The position numbers and the translations under genes were made by a program. Below the pieces are notes generated by a model. It did no database searches. It saw only the letters and a list, made by a program, of their open reading frames with translations, and was not told the origin of the DNA. Of a stretch of 64,000 nt of DNA, positions 10,898 to 24,626 are shown one piece after another (within the stretch, counting starts at the first letter, position 1; every line of letters starts with the position of its first letter). Source of the stretch: Octopus vulgaris (Eukaryota); assembly GCA_951406725.2 (NCBI GenBank), contig OX597817.1, positions 89,776,001 to 89,840,000 on the forward strand. Direction: 5' to 3'.

Positions 10898-12235
10898 TGA
10901 TAACATCATCATGCTGAGCAGACGATAGATTCAATAAGTGATTATTGCTCCATAGATAAGTTATTATTGCTGCATAGAACCTAAGTTAACAGCAAGACAT
11001 ATTTGGAAACAATGACACTCTCTGGTATTAACCATTTCGATGGAGACAAGGAACTGTAGAGAGAGTTGAACGCTGCATTCCATTTTCCAAGTGACTGCAA
11101 GCCGCTCACACACATACGCACACACGCATGTGCACACACACACACGCACACACACACATTTTTACATTCACAGACATGCGTAGACATAGAGCCAAGATAG
11201 CGTGGTAAGAGTTTCAGCATCAGAAAAAGTGCATCTTTTTGACGACAGGAATAATGCATTGTTTTCTCTTCTTTCCAGCATAGCAGGCGGTTACATTGAC
11301 CGAGAGAGAACATGCAAAAGGAAAATAATAGACGTCACCATTTTAGGACTTCGTGTCGCTTGGCATACCGGGTAAAAAAAGAAAGAGCTGATAGTTTGAG
11401 ATTGTCAAAGAACGTGACATGATATTTCTGTGTAATTCTGCTTTGAAACGAAATATATTTGTAAAGAAGAAAAATGTCTAAACTTTCTAAAATTTTCTAC
11501 AAGTTCTGAAAATTTCAGTTTTGAATATCTTTGCGTTTTATCCTTCCAGTACAAAGAAAATAATTGAAATTTAAGTAATTTGTAAAACAGGCTAGACATC
11601 ATACTTTCAGAGAGGGGCTTTACACAGCGAAAGTCGCGTCTTGCTATTTTCACTTTTTGCCTTCCACTTTTCCTCAATCAGTTTGGTAACACACAGCCCC
11701 AAAGCCAATTATATCTACCTGGAACCGAATGGCATTCAACACACGTAGTTCATCAAGGGAACGTTTGTTTCCATGTCACAGCTCTTCTATCCAGACTCGT
11801 CAGATGGTTTTTGCTTTCTTGTGTCTGAGAACATGCGTCTTAACTCAGACAAATCAACCTTCATGTTTCGTAGCGAAGGAATAGTCGTGTGCCATTCTTT
11901 TCGCTGCCAGCACGCTAACGTCGTGATGTCTCTCCTAATCACCTCTTTTAATCTCCCTCTAATCTTTTGTATGTTATAACTACTTTTGTATGCTAACCCC
12001 TATCGATTCTCCCATAATTCCTCACCTCGGAGAGACCCACCATCGGTTGTCGACGATCGCCCTCGCTGAGCGTCTATGTTTCCCATCTAGATTAATCTGT
12101 GTAGTTAAATGCCTGAAATTATGAACATTTCACCTTGTCCTTATTAGCAGATCAAGAAGAAACTCTATCTTGATCCGACCTGATAATTTAGTTTCTCTAA
12201 GATCCCACTGACACATAAATGAAATATTGTCAGTA

Positions 12236-12619
12236 TCTCTCTCTATATAAACGGCAGTTTGTCTGTGCGTTTTCTGTGTGTCTGTTTTCTCGTACCCTCA
12301 CCCTGACCACGGCTTTCAACCGATTCTGATGAAACTTGACACACACATAGCCCAATGTCATAATTCAAAACTAACGCAGCGAAAATTTTGAAAAGTTCCC
12401 CCAGTTCTGAAAAAAATCGATAAATTCGACATGGGGTCGAGAATCAGAAACCCAAACCACAGACCGTCTAGGGGACGCAACTCCACCTTTTTTAACTCTC
12501 AAAAAAAATTTACCATCATTTTTTTTCCATTTTTTTTCTATTTTTTGGCTATAACTCTCTAAAAATGCTTTATAGTTATTTCCCTTACAAACCTGAGCAA
12601 CGCCGGGCGATACTGCTAG
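12236..12619 (+). mobile_element. Complete non-autonomous Helitron (~385 bp)
   Basis: Begins A|TCTCTCTCTATATAAA, ends with GC-rich CCTGAGCAACGCCGGGC and CTAG|T. Inserted between A and T with no TSD. Confidence 0.85.
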
Positions 12620-13157
12620 TCTTCTATACACTTGAAAATGTCTGAGCGAGTCTTATGTCCTCTTCGACTCCTCTCTCTTATCATCTCCTCCCACGTAATC
12701 TCTGTCTGCCATTTCAATCACCCACTAACACTACTAAGTGAGATGATCCTTAAAACGTTTCTAGGTGCCTGAATAAGTTTGATCGCTCGGTCCCAGTCAG
12801 GGAATAGACAGCCTCTAGTCTGAAGGGCCCACCTTTGCTACTTCTCACATCTAAGACCATCCGAGTACAAATAGATCATCCTTATTACAAGATCCAAATA
12901 TTCCTGAAGAAATACTGCAATTCCATTCTCTCCGGCTGACCGAATGAGGTATATCACTTCACTCACCCAAAAACTAAAAAAAAGTAACTTTACGTTCAGA
13001 ACACCAGGAATTCCAAACGTCGCTTGCATCACTGAATTTTCCGGCTTTTTTCGAAAGTCTAGAAAGTCCCCCAGAAAATTTCAATATATCTATTTACATA
13101 TCTGATATGGTCGTCTCAAGTCGACTTGGTTCCAGATATGGAAGAATTTTGTTGATG

Positions 13158-13317
<160 letters not shown>

Positions 13318-13726
13318 GTATTTGCAAGTCTTTGTTGTGTTCTTACATGTTCCAGCGCTCTTCCTTCAGAGGATAGTGTAGCTAAACTGTATGTGTAGGT
13401 TGTTGTTGTCTATGTATGTTGTCGTTGCTTTCTTTGGTGCTGCTGTCGCATGTTTGGTTACTGTCGTTTATTCCGTAGTTTTTATCTGTTCTTTTCGATG
13501 TGGTTGTTATTGTGCTTGTAGTTTATACTGTTGTTGCTTTTGTTGTTTGCTCTCGCTGTTATCGTTGTTACTATTGTGCTGGTAGTTGTTGGCGGCTGTT
13601 CGGTGGCTTTTCTGGTACATTAACAAATTTTCTGTTTTGGTAATAGTAGGACTGTTAACGGTCGTTTTCTTTCTCTTCTCCATGTCAACAGTCTACCACG
13701 GTCCATTTTCCACGTCCTCGTCATCG

Positions 13727-13941
13727 TAGCGTTTAAACCGGCCATAACCGGCCAAAATATTCTCCCTGCTTTATTTTCAAACTGGCCTGATCTGGCCTTT
13801 CACATCTACCCTACAATATCATTCTAAAAATAAACTACCCCATTATCAAAATATTGAAGGTATAGGATAATGCATGATTAATTCAAAATAATATGAATTA
13901 ATAAGTATTACATTTAACAGAATAATCTGAATTCTTAAGGG
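13727..13941 (-). mobile_element. piggyBac-like MITE, degenerate copy
   Basis: Reverse-complement homologue of 62378-62597; ends ...CTTAAGGG-TTGA. Confidence 0.65.
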
Positions 13942-15554
13942 TTGACGAAAAGAATAGCCGGAGAGGGTAGTAGAAGCACAGGTATTGATGTTTTTTCCCT
14001 TTGTCTGGTGGGGAAGTGGTTCCTCTTCTGCTTCACTTCTCGGTACTCTCCTCTCGGCACTATTTTTGGTAATTGTTGCTGTTATTATTACAGTTGTTAT
14101 TAATGTTTTGGGGTTTTGATTCTAGATTTTGGTAGCCACACTGATTATCATTGGTTTGGCTCCAGCCAAATGTATGGTACCTAGGCTGTCTAAATCCCAA
14201 CGCAATAAGGAAGTGAGTGCCGTTCAACAGGTCTATCTGGTCGAGAATTTTCCTATGATCCAAGAATTTTAGACCAAATTTCGACCAATCGACCCTCTTT
14301 TTTTTTTCGGTATGTGTTGGTCAGAACCTATTTACAGCGAGATTCTACCGAGTTTCTAACATGAGGAATATCATCAGACATAACATGTCAAATTCTGTTA
14401 GAATACCTCTCTCTGTCGCCTTCCCTACACGCAATAAATAGCCACTCTAAAACAACGAAACCCGTCCCTTCAACAGGAAGTGAAAGACCAGATGTTTTAT
14501 TCTGGTCACATGTGGTCCGATATGCGATATGATTATGCGGTGGCGATATAGGTATTCGTCCATATCTGCTCGACCTTTCCTTGACATCTTTCTACATCCT
14601 ATCAATTTTACAAATGAGCAGCAGTTCTTTCCTTGTTTATTCCGGAAATCTCCAGCAATTCCTCACTGAGCTGGTGTCCTCTTTCAGTGATCCATGGCAA
14701 TATTCAAGAAATTTACATTCTGAGAAGCTGTAGAACTCGGGCATGATTTGACTTCGACGATGTGCATCAAATGTGTGTGTACGCGCGCGCGTGTATGCAT
14801 GTATGCATGTATAGATGAATGGATATCGTGACTGTTGCTGTGGTAACGGAGATGGAAGCCACTTGGTAAAGATTGACCTTGAACACACTACTATACACTT
14901 GAACGCGTACAAAAAAGCATTTGCTGCAGAATTCAGCTTCGGAGTAATATTTTTATTTCAAACTTTTTGTAAAAACCCATCGAACAAAGCACCAAATGAC
15001 GTCAACAAAGAGTCGTAACTAGAAAGAGTGGCACTTTCATGGTGGTGGCAATTTCCGTTCTGCTGGATAAGTCTGTATTGGAGGGGGCCCATGGCTGCGT
15101 AGTGAAATCAAGGGCTGCCCTGGACGATACACTTTCTAGCTACGCCATTAATCAACGGACGGCTATACACTGTTTTGGTTTGATTTTGCCATTGAGTGAC
15201 AGATGCCGCCTGAGTCACAAGGAGCTAAACCGGAACTTCTGTTCCTATATATAGAAAACAGCAAATAAAGCTGGTCTGTGTGTCGAGGTTTATCAAACCG
15301 GAATTGATCTAATATACGTGTCTTAAATTTCAAGGAGCAGAATAAACACAGAAGAACCGTGTCTGGTAGTTAACTGACGTCATTTGGAACTTGATTCTAT
15401 GTATCCTTTCTCATTATGTCTATATGGAAAAGCGTTTTTTCCAAAAGTAAATCCTGTGGCGGATGCTTTTCACGTTCCAGTGAATACGAGCTTGTTAGAA
15501 TAGAAGTATACAATTTTATTTTGCTCCTCGTTGTTTTGTGCGCGAATATACTTT

Positions 15555-15718
<164 letters not shown>

Positions 15719-16099
15719 ATGTAATTACGGCTGACATTTAGAATCAGCGATAGTCTGGTACCAAGCATGCACCATTCATTTACTAATGGGCTTAGATGTC
15801 CATCTAATCATGAGCACAGACATTCTTGATCCTGCTTGTCATTTGAGAACGAGTGCAACTTGGCAGCTCGTATCACGCTCTCGCTAATTGTCTTCTGTAC
15901 TCGTGAACATACATAGACATCCTCTCGGCGCTTGACTGAGCCGCGGGTGAGACAGCATTGCATTAGGCAAAATTGTAGAACGTCAGTCATGTTTTCAGAT
16001 GTGGGTTCATATCCCGCGGGCAGCCTTCGACTTTCTCAATCCAAAGTGTTTTAGCCCAATATTAACGCGATATCGTTCTTAGCTTTATTTGCTTCGAGA

Positions 16100-16262
16100 C
16101 ACAAACGCGGAGAAGATAAAAAAGGGAACAACTGATGAAGGGAATGTTCTTTATGTCGCATGACTCGTTTCTCTGTTTTCTTCGTTGTTCGAAAAAAAGT
16201 CGGTTTTCTATGTTTTAATTCTTTATGCTCTTGTTTCTCATTTTGTCTACGTTTTTTATGTC
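16100..16262 (+). mobile_element. Fragment of a putative PLE terminal repeat (same family as 50690-50910 and 50030-50145)
   Basis: Shares AGATAAAA..G.GRACAACTGATGAAGGGA.TGTTCTTTAT and TTCGTTGTTCG with the 50740-50825 copy; ends at a TA-rich microsatellite. Confidence 0.55.
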
Positions 16263-16328
16263 ATATAACAATATATGCATGTATATATACATATATGTAT
16301 GTATATATGCATATATTTATATATTATA

Positions 16329-16363
<35 letters not shown>

Positions 16364-16671
16364 GGCCGATTTGCAGAATGGTTAAAGCGTCGAGTAGATT
16401 GCTTTATACACTATGAGTTCAAATCCCGCCGCGGCCAATCGTCTTTTGCCTTTCATCCATTGGAGGTCCATGCTGCTTTCCGGCTGTCTGATTTTTTTCT
16501 TCTTTTGGAAGTAATTGGTTATAGTTTGGCCTGAGGAAAGAGAAGTAAGATCCATCAAATGTAAAAATGCTCAAGATACGCTGTATGTCACGACAGCTCC
16601 CTTTACAGCTCCATCAAGAAGTTGCGAGCTGCAGGAAAAGAAAAGTAATGCAAATATGTATACACAGTTAT

Positions 16672-16770
16672 AGGCAGGTCCGAGCATGGCACTGTGGTTA
16701 AGATGTTTGGGGGTTGGGGTTCCTTACCATTGCGCGGCACCTTGGGCAAATATCTTCTACTATAGTCTCG
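16672..16770 (+). mobile_element. 5' head of a tRNA-derived SINE abutting the PLE
   Basis: TGGCACTGTGGTTAAG...GGCACCTTGGGCAAATATCTTCTACTATAGTCTCG matches the head of the SINE family at 49185-49605. Confidence 0.65.
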
Positions 16771-18853
16771 ACTTTCTGGACCTTCGACCTAACCCCCAAC
16801 CTGACACCTCCACACTTCTTCGTCGGACCGAACTTATTCTCTCCCTCAACTGCTTCTCGTTCGCGGGGGACTTTTACCAACAAATCTGGGAAGTGACTTT
16901 GTGAATGAGAATGGGTCCCAACTATGCGAACCTGTTCGTTGGCTACGTTGAGGCCCAAATATTCTCACCACCACCGAACTATACAGTCGTTATATCGATG
17001 ACTGCATCGGTGCGACCTCACTCTCCCGCGAACAACTTGAGTCCTTCCTCTCTTTTGTCCAATCCTTCCATCCTGCCCTCGAATTCTCCTGCATTATCTC
17101 TAACTTTTCCGTCGAATTTCTCGACATTTCTGTCAGTATAGACCACTCCGTTCTTACTACCTCCATACACTGCAAACACACTGACTTACACTCCTACCTT
17201 AACTTTTTCTCTCCCACTCTACCCACACCAAGTTCTCCATCCCCTAATCCCAATTCCTCCGTCTGCGCAGGCACTACAGTGACAACCATGATTTTGAGAC
17301 TCAGTCTCAACTCATGGCACTCCACTTCATCCTACGTGGATATCCTCACACCACTATCCACACTGACCTTGCCAGGACACGATCTTTGGGTGGTGCCTCT
17401 GCTCTTTCTCACCGCACGCGCCGTTGCCCGTCTCCCGTTTCCCCTCACCTACCACCCCACACCCTGCCTCTCCAACGCACCATTCTCCGAGCTTTCCGAC
17501 CCCTCCACCTCGCCTATCATCCCCAACCTACCCCTTCCCTCCTTCAAACGAACCTATAGCCTACGTGACCTCCTGGTCCACAGTTTTTTCCCTAACCCCA
17601 CCTCTCAGCCTATTCCCCTACTCCCGCCCACGCAGTCGTACCTGCCTCTACCTCTCCAACACCACCATCCTCACAGGCATCCATCCTCGTCCCTATCACA
17701 TCACTGAATCCTTTACCTGCACTTCTAGTAACGTCATTTACTGCATTTCCTGCTCCTTCTGCCCCTCCTTGTACATCAGTCAAACGGGACACCACTTGGC
17801 TTACCGGTTCGCGGAACATCATCAGACTCGACCATGACACCCCGGTCTCGCACCATTTCTGCTCTACCGGTCATTCACTACAATATCTGTCTGTGTTCGG
17901 ACTGTCTTTGCACATGGGCCATCCGGACTCCCGCCTTCATCGAGAACAGGATTTCATCTTCTTTCTTCGCTCCTTTGCTCGATATGGGCTCAAATCTCCT
18001 CCTCTTTACATCTGACACCTACTTCCTCTCTTCATTGATACTACTTCACACTACTCCACAAACACTAGCACTGACCATTTCCCAGCACCCACATCACAGC
18101 TATCATCCACACACCCACACACAATCTTCAATATCGCCACCACGCATGCCACTATTTGAGCAGCCACACACACTGTTTAGCTCAGTACAAACGCCACACA
18201 CCATCATGCACACTCCCACAACCACACAAGCACATAACACCTGAACACAGGCTATATATACATACACACGCAACACGCATTAACACACGCTACGTACATA
18301 GGCAAAGATAACTTTCACTCACATATATATACCATACACATGAACACTGTTTGGTCACAGACACAAACACACACACACATGTACACACACCACATAAAAA
18401 ATCACACCTCAACTGCTACACACAACACACAACACACACACACATGTTACAGATGCACACACTTACACACGCACACACTCACCCATGACAGAGTCACTAG
18501 CTTATATTCACACACACACACTTTCGCACATGCCATTCTCACATACACACATACGCATGCGCACCTACATTTGGGATCACCAGCACTTTATTATCTCCCC
18601 TTCTTTCAACCTCTTTTTTTCTATTATTATTTCCCTTTTTTTCAAACATTTTCTGATCATTCGCCATGCTGGACCGCTAAATCTACAGATTTCTTTCATT
18701 CTCTCTCTGTTTATTTCCTCTTATTCCTTTCTGTTGAAGAGCAAAGGCTCGAAACGTAAAAGACTTCTTCATTTTTCCGAGCGTCAAACTAATACAATGG
18801 CTTGTTGTTCAAAGATCTGTCATCGTCTTTTGTTTTTCTATAAATTTGAACTC
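16771..18853 (+). mobile_element. Penelope-like retroelement (Neptune-like), 5'-truncated RT plus GIY-YIG endonuclease pseudogene and 3' pLTR
   Basis: LSLNCFSFAGDFYQQ, MGPNYANLFVGYVE, YIDD, FKRTYSLRDLLVHS, FTCTSSNVIYCISCSFCPSLYISQTG...RFAEH (GIY-YIG), PVSHHFCSTGHS, REQDFIF; many frameshifts. Confidence 0.9.
18727..18762 (+). ncRNA. Minimal type I hammerhead ribozyme motif (variant core CUGUUGA)
   Basis: CUUU-CUGUUGA-A-GAGC-AAAG-GCUC-GAAAC-GUA-AAAG in the PLE 3' repeat. Confidence 0.7.
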
Positions 18854-19204
18854 TGTGTGTGTGTATGTTTTTGTGTGTGTTTGTGTGTATGTGTGTGTGT
18901 GTATGTGTGCGTGTGTGTGTGTGTACTTATATGCATGTATGTATGTACGTACGTAAGACAAGGTATTCATAATGGTCATTATATATTCTTGCCTTGTAGT
19001 ATAGTTGACCTACAGTTGTTTCTAGTGGTCATTAGAGGTTCGTTATTGATAGGTTTACTCAATCGACCCAATGATCGGACGCTACCACAAGAATACGCGG
19101 AGTTCTTCACAAATGTAAACAATATTGCTAGTCTGATGTACTAACAGAGGGCTTATAAAGTGTTTCGCTCGAATTGATAATCCGTCACTAATAACTCTGT
19201 TTTA

Positions 19205-19480
19205 TACATATCACGTGGTTATGTGACCGACCACGTTATCAGATGTTACACATCGCTGGTCACAATGCGCATTTGCATTGTTTTAGCCTTCAAATGATAC
19301 CAGCCCGCTGGCTAGACGAGCAGGCCAACATTTCCCCCTGATCGAAAGGCCGACTGGAGCTGCGTGAAATGAAGTGATTTTTGCTCAAGAACACAACACG
19401 CCACTCTGTCAGGGAATCGAACCCACGATCTAGCGATCGTGTGTGAAACAGCCTAACCACTAGACCACGGGCCTTCATTT
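19205..19480 (-). mobile_element. tRNA-derived SINE
   Basis: Minus strand has A box TGGTCTAGTGG and B box GGTTCGATTCC, followed by GTGTTGTGTTCTTGAGCAA. Confidence 0.8.
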
Positions 19481-19644
19481 ATACATATATAAATACATAA
19501 AAGTGTGTATATAAATATGTATGTGTGCGTGTATGTGTGGATGTCTGTGTATGTATGCATATAAACATATGTCTGTGTCTATGCATGTGTGTAAGCGTGT
19601 GATATTCTGCCTCCCATTAAATCAGATGGAACGTGTTGCATTCA

Positions 19645-19992
19645 ACATTTATCGAGACCCTCTTCGGTCACGATACAGACCATGGGATTGCACCTAGAAA
19701 TTTACCCTCCCAGGCACAAGTCTGGGTAAAGTTGTTTATGGAAGACCAGCAGTCGCTCATGCATACTGGCCTCCCATCTCCACACCACCAGTGTTATCCA
19801 AGGGAAAGGCAAAGGCCGATACAGCTTGGCACCTGTGACGTCGCAACTCATTTCTACAGATGAGTGAACTGGAGCAACGTGAAATAAAGTGTCTTGCTCA
19901 AGAACACAACACGCAGTCCGGTCCGGGATTCGAGCTCATAACTTCACCATCGTAAGCTCGACGCTCTAACTACTGAGCCATGCACCTTCACT
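19645..19992 (-). mobile_element. tRNA-derived SINE
   Basis: Minus strand has TGGCTCAGTAGTTAGAGC and GCTCGAATCC boxes plus a GTGTTGTGTTCTTGAGCAAGACACTT core. Confidence 0.8.
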
Positions 19993-20084
19993 CAACATGT
20001 ATACACCTAAATATTTTTTTTACTAAATACTATTGTATCATGTTTTTTTCACTCTCCTAGTTTAGTTCAATAAAGATGCTTTCA

Positions 20085-20330
20085 TTCCTTTTATCGTTTT
20101 CTTGTTTCACTCTTTTGATTGTGGGCATGCTAGAGCACCGCCTTGAAGGATATTAGTCGAACAAATCGACTTATATTTAAAATCCTGGTACTTATTCTAT
20201 CGTCTGTTTTACCGAACTACTAGGTTACAGAGCCGTAAACACACCAACACCGATTGTCAAGCGGTTTTGGGGGACAAACACAAGCACAAACACACACTCA
20301 TAGGTATATACATATTCATATGTGTGTGTG

Positions 20331-20378
<48 letters not shown>

Positions 20379-20578
20379 TGTGTTTGTGTGTATGTGTGTG
20401 TGTATATATATATATGGCGAGCTTCTTTCAATTCTCCTCTCCCAAATCCATTCACAAAGCTTTGACTGGCTCAAGGCTATAGTTGAAGACACTTGCCCAA
20501 GGTGCCATGCAGTGGAACTGAACTTGGAACCATGTGTTTGAGAAGCAAGATTCTTATCACACAGTCACGCTTGAGCCT
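20085..20578 (-). mobile_element. tRNA-derived SINE with internal microsatellite
   Basis: Homologous end-to-end to 49185-49605. Confidence 0.8.
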
Positions 20579-21049
20579 ACAAAACCTAAAATAGGTTAGC
20601 AAGCCTGAAGCGAATCTTCGTGCAGTTCGATCGATTTGTATCTTGAATCGTTCAGAGCTGCAAGCAATCGAAATCCATGTGGAGTTTGCGAGATAGAATC
20701 ACGCGATTGCAGCAATCTCTTTTTGTTGAAACTCAATGTTGAAATAGTGATGGCTTTGGGTTGCAGAAATTGGGCATGTCCCAGTGCTACATGGGAAACT
20801 TCACATGTATTAATATTTGTTTTGTATTATTTCTCTGAGTTGTATAATCAATTCTCTTAGATATTCATGATATAGACTAATGACACATTTCTAAATATCT
20901 TAACTTATGATTAATTATTTATATATTAAGCATTTTCTGATATTTTGGCTCAAATGAGATCAGTCGGAATGTATTGCATTCAACAGATATGTTTAAAATC
21001 CTACATGAGTGTGTGCGTGTATATATGTATGCGTATATATATATATAAA

Positions 21050-23110
21050 GACGGACGAAATGCCGCTAAACATTTTGCCCGGCGTGCCAACGATTCTGCC
21101 AGTTTGCCACCTTCCGCCATCTTAATATTGATTTCAAGATATATATATATAAACATACATACATACATACATACATATATCTGTGTGGTTTTGAAATTAA
21201 ATAGTTAATTATATATCTCACTGCCCCTAATTAACTCACAACTCGGCCGCTTCCACAAAAAGAAAAAAAAAAGAGAAAGAAATGAAACTTTAATCCACTT
21301 ATCAAAATACGCATGATTTGTTGATTTTTAGGTACAAAGTTAATCCTAAACTCTCGCACATATAAATTTAATCCTTCTTGTTGAACATTTAACATTCGAA
21401 ATTTTCTTGTGAATCTGAATGTTTTATAACTGATTCCCAAAGGTATTTTATCGAGGAGCCCACATATTAAATTTTCAAAACTTGCGGGACCTATATCCGT
21501 ATTTTATGAACAGGGCCCTGCTGCCCTGATATTGGTTTCAAACATTGGCACATGGCCAGTAATTTAGTAGGAGGGGTAAGTTAATTACGTTGACTCCAGT
21601 GCTCAACTGGTACTTATTCTATCGACCCAGAAAGTATGAAAGGCAAAATCGACCGCGGCGGAATTTGAACTCGGAACGTAAGGGTGGATGAAATTCTGCA
21701 TAGCATTTTGCCCGCTGTGCTAAAGATTCTGCCAACTCACCGCCGGCCGCCATCTTAATATTACTTTCAAATTTTGGTACAAGACCAGCAATTTTGAGTG
21801 CGGAGTAAGTTGATTACATTGACTCCGGTGCTCAACTGGTTCTTATTTTATATCAACTCCTTAATAGTCTTTCTACTATAGGCACAAGGCCCGAAATTTG
21901 TGGGGAAGGAGCATGTCGACTACATCGACCCCAGTGCGTAACTGGTACTTATTTAATCGATCCTGAAAGGATGAAAGACAAAGTCAATTGTGGCAGAATT
22001 TGAACTCAAAACGTAAGGACGGATGAAATACCGCTAAGCATTTTGCCTGGCGTGGGAACGATTCTGCCAGCTCTTCACGTTCCAAGTTCAAATTCTACCA
22101 AGGACGACTTTGCTTTTCATCACTTCGAGGTCGATAAAATAAGTTCACCCACTTCCCCGAAATTGCTGTCCTTAGGTCAAAATTTGAAACTAATGGTAAA
22201 AAGACATTAAATTAAACAAAAATTATTTTCGAAAAAACTACAACAAATAATCTTTTGTGTCTGGGGAGAGTCATTTTCTTTTTGTGCTTTGTAATTTAAC
22301 AGACGCACCGGTTGGAAATTTTACCGGTAAGTGTGTAAAAATTATAAGGCACAAAAAGAAAATGACTCTCTCCAGACACAACAGAATATGCTTCAACACA
22401 ACGAACTCATATAAAGAATCTCGCAAACCAAATCCAAAAACGAAATACAACAAATAATAATAATAGCTTAAGACTCTGAAAAGAGCGCATATTGAAGACG
22501 TCGCTGTCATAGTTTCTGAGTTTGAATCTAACCTGGTACTGAATTTACCTTTCATTATTTAGGGGTCGATAAAATAAGTAACAGTTGGGTGCTGGGGTCG
22601 ATGATACCGACTTATCCCCTCCTCCAAAATTTGAAATGATTATTTTGGGGGTGATAAAGGTGGCGAGCTAGCAGAATCGTTAGCGTGTCGGATGAAATGC
22701 TTAAAGTAAGTGCCAGTTGAGTACTGGGTCGATGTAATCGACTTAATCCCTCGCCCTAAAATTGTAAGCCTTGTCCCTAAATTTGTGACCAAAAGCGTTG
22801 AGCTGGCAAAGCTGTTGGTAGAGTGACGAACAAAATGCTCAGTGGCGTTTTGCTCGGATATGTACGTTTTGGGAGCAAGTGCCACCGTGGTTTACATGTC
22901 AACTATGCATTTCGTCCCTACAGGATCGATGAAATAAAGCATCAATCAAGTATTGGGATTGGTGAAATCGACTGGCTCCTTCCAACTAGAATTACTGGCC
23001 TTGTGCGAAAAATGAGAAAGAATTATTCTGGGATCGTTAAAATAATGTACCAGTTATATACTAGGATCGATGTAATCGACTAGCTGCTGTCCAAAATATG
23101 TCCTTGTGCC
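21050..23110. mobile_element. Cluster of nested and fragmented SINEs (Nin-core-like family) on both strands
   Basis: Repeated GGCGAGCTGGCAGAATCGTTAGC heads and CCTTTCATCC...GGGGTCGATAAAATAAGTACCAG cores, as in 48730-49127. Confidence 0.8.
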
Positions 23111-23284
23111 GGATGATTAGGTGATGGTCTAGGGCTTAGGGGCGGGAGACCCCAGACCTTGGAAGAAAAAAAAAAAGTTTTGGTCGTTTCGTAGTCGAGG
23201 GCTCTTCGTTGACGCCCGACACCACTGGGAGGTCGCCCTCGAAGTCGCTGGAAATGGAGATCTCCAGGTCCAAATTCCTGAACG

Positions 23285-23358
23285 GCTGCTGTTGCTGTTG
23301 CTGTTACTGATGATGATGTTCATGATCATCTTCGGCAGCAGCAGCAACAGCACGATGT

Positions 23359-23393
<35 letters not shown>

Positions 23394-23578
23394 GTGCTGT
23401 TATTACTATTGTTATTTTTATAGCCCCTGGTCAGTTCTGATTGAGTAGACATATGACCGAAAGGAGTCTATCCGTGGCCCTTCCATCTGTTTACATACAA
23501 ATATCTTCGTAACATATAATGTGTATTTCCTTTTACTGCTCTACTACTATTACTACCAGCAGCAGTAGTAGTAGCCGC

Positions 23579-23632
<54 letters not shown>

Positions 23633-23800
23633 TAATTTCTCTGTTGATATAGTTATCCAATTTCCTTTTTCTTCGATTTTTTTTTTTTTTTACTACGTGA
23701 TGTTGATGTCGCTATTGTTATTATTAGTGCTGCTGCAGGTGGTGCGGATGCTACTGCTACTACTGCCACTGCTGCCACTGCTGCTGCTGCTGCTGCAACA
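23285..23800. repeat. Mixed trinucleotide repeats (CTG, CTA, GTA, GAT)
   Basis: Visible directly in the sequence. Confidence 0.85.
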
Positions 23801-24626
23801 GACCTAGATAGCTTAGCCATATGTCACTCGGTGCGGAAGAAGATAACAAGAGTCTGTTATTTACTTTACGTTTTCTTCAAGACTCGCTGACACACAGACA
23901 GACAAGCGGACAGACCGACGGGCAAACAGACAAGCAAACAGACAGACAAATAGAGAGACGTATAGATATTCATTCATTCATATGCTCGTGCGTACACATG
24001 CACTGAGCTATAAATGCTACTACACTTCGTTGCAACAAAATATATTCAGCAATAACGTGTGTGTGTGTGTGTGTGCGCACACATACCTACATACAGACAT
24101 ACATATACATATATACACATACATACACACATACATACACATATACATACATGCATACATACATATAAATACATCTGTACATCTATTCCGGTTTGAGTGT
24201 GTGACTATGCTTGTGTGTGTGTGTGTGGTGTGCCTGCACGCGCGTGTATATACATATATTTATACACACACGCACATACTTCCTTCTTTCCTTGGATCCA
24301 CATCGGACGGAGTCATTGAGGCGCCGTCGTGACATACGGCGTCATGAGCATTTTAAACATACTCATACTGGTCCATTTTCGGATTTGTGTGTGTGTGTGC
24401 TCGCGGCGCGAATGTATATATATGTACACTCACACTCACACGCATATATCTGTACTCACACATATGTATATATATAAGGAGAGAAATATACATACATATA
24501 TATATTATATTATATTATATTATATTTTTTATATATATCAGTTTAATAAATAAATAAGTTAACATTTTAATGTCCAAAAGTTGATGAACCACCTATTGTT
24601 CTCTATTTTCTTATTTGCTATATATA

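Noticed and set aside
10981-11100. Possible terminal exon SLGKWNAAFNSLY...LLLT* on the minus strand
   Set aside because: Weak splice acceptor, no recognisable protein and no partner exons.
12326-12340. CTGATGAAAC as a hammerhead core
   Set aside because: No stem II between the core halves; it is part of the Helitron body.
11690-12980. Possible LTR-retrotransposon relic flanking the small Helitron
   Set aside because: Only a vague GPF-like peptide; no diagnostic motifs.
14340-14385. Minus-strand CTGATGA...GAAACTCGGTA
   Set aside because: Stems I and II do not pair convincingly.
18779-18796. Twister ribozyme suggested by GAG...UAAUAC
   Set aside because: No P2 partner for UAC and no recognisable L4 or pseudoknot elements.
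21050-23110. CRISPR-like repeated units
   Set aside because: Irregularly spaced SINE fragments on both strands in eukaryotic DNA; no cas genes.
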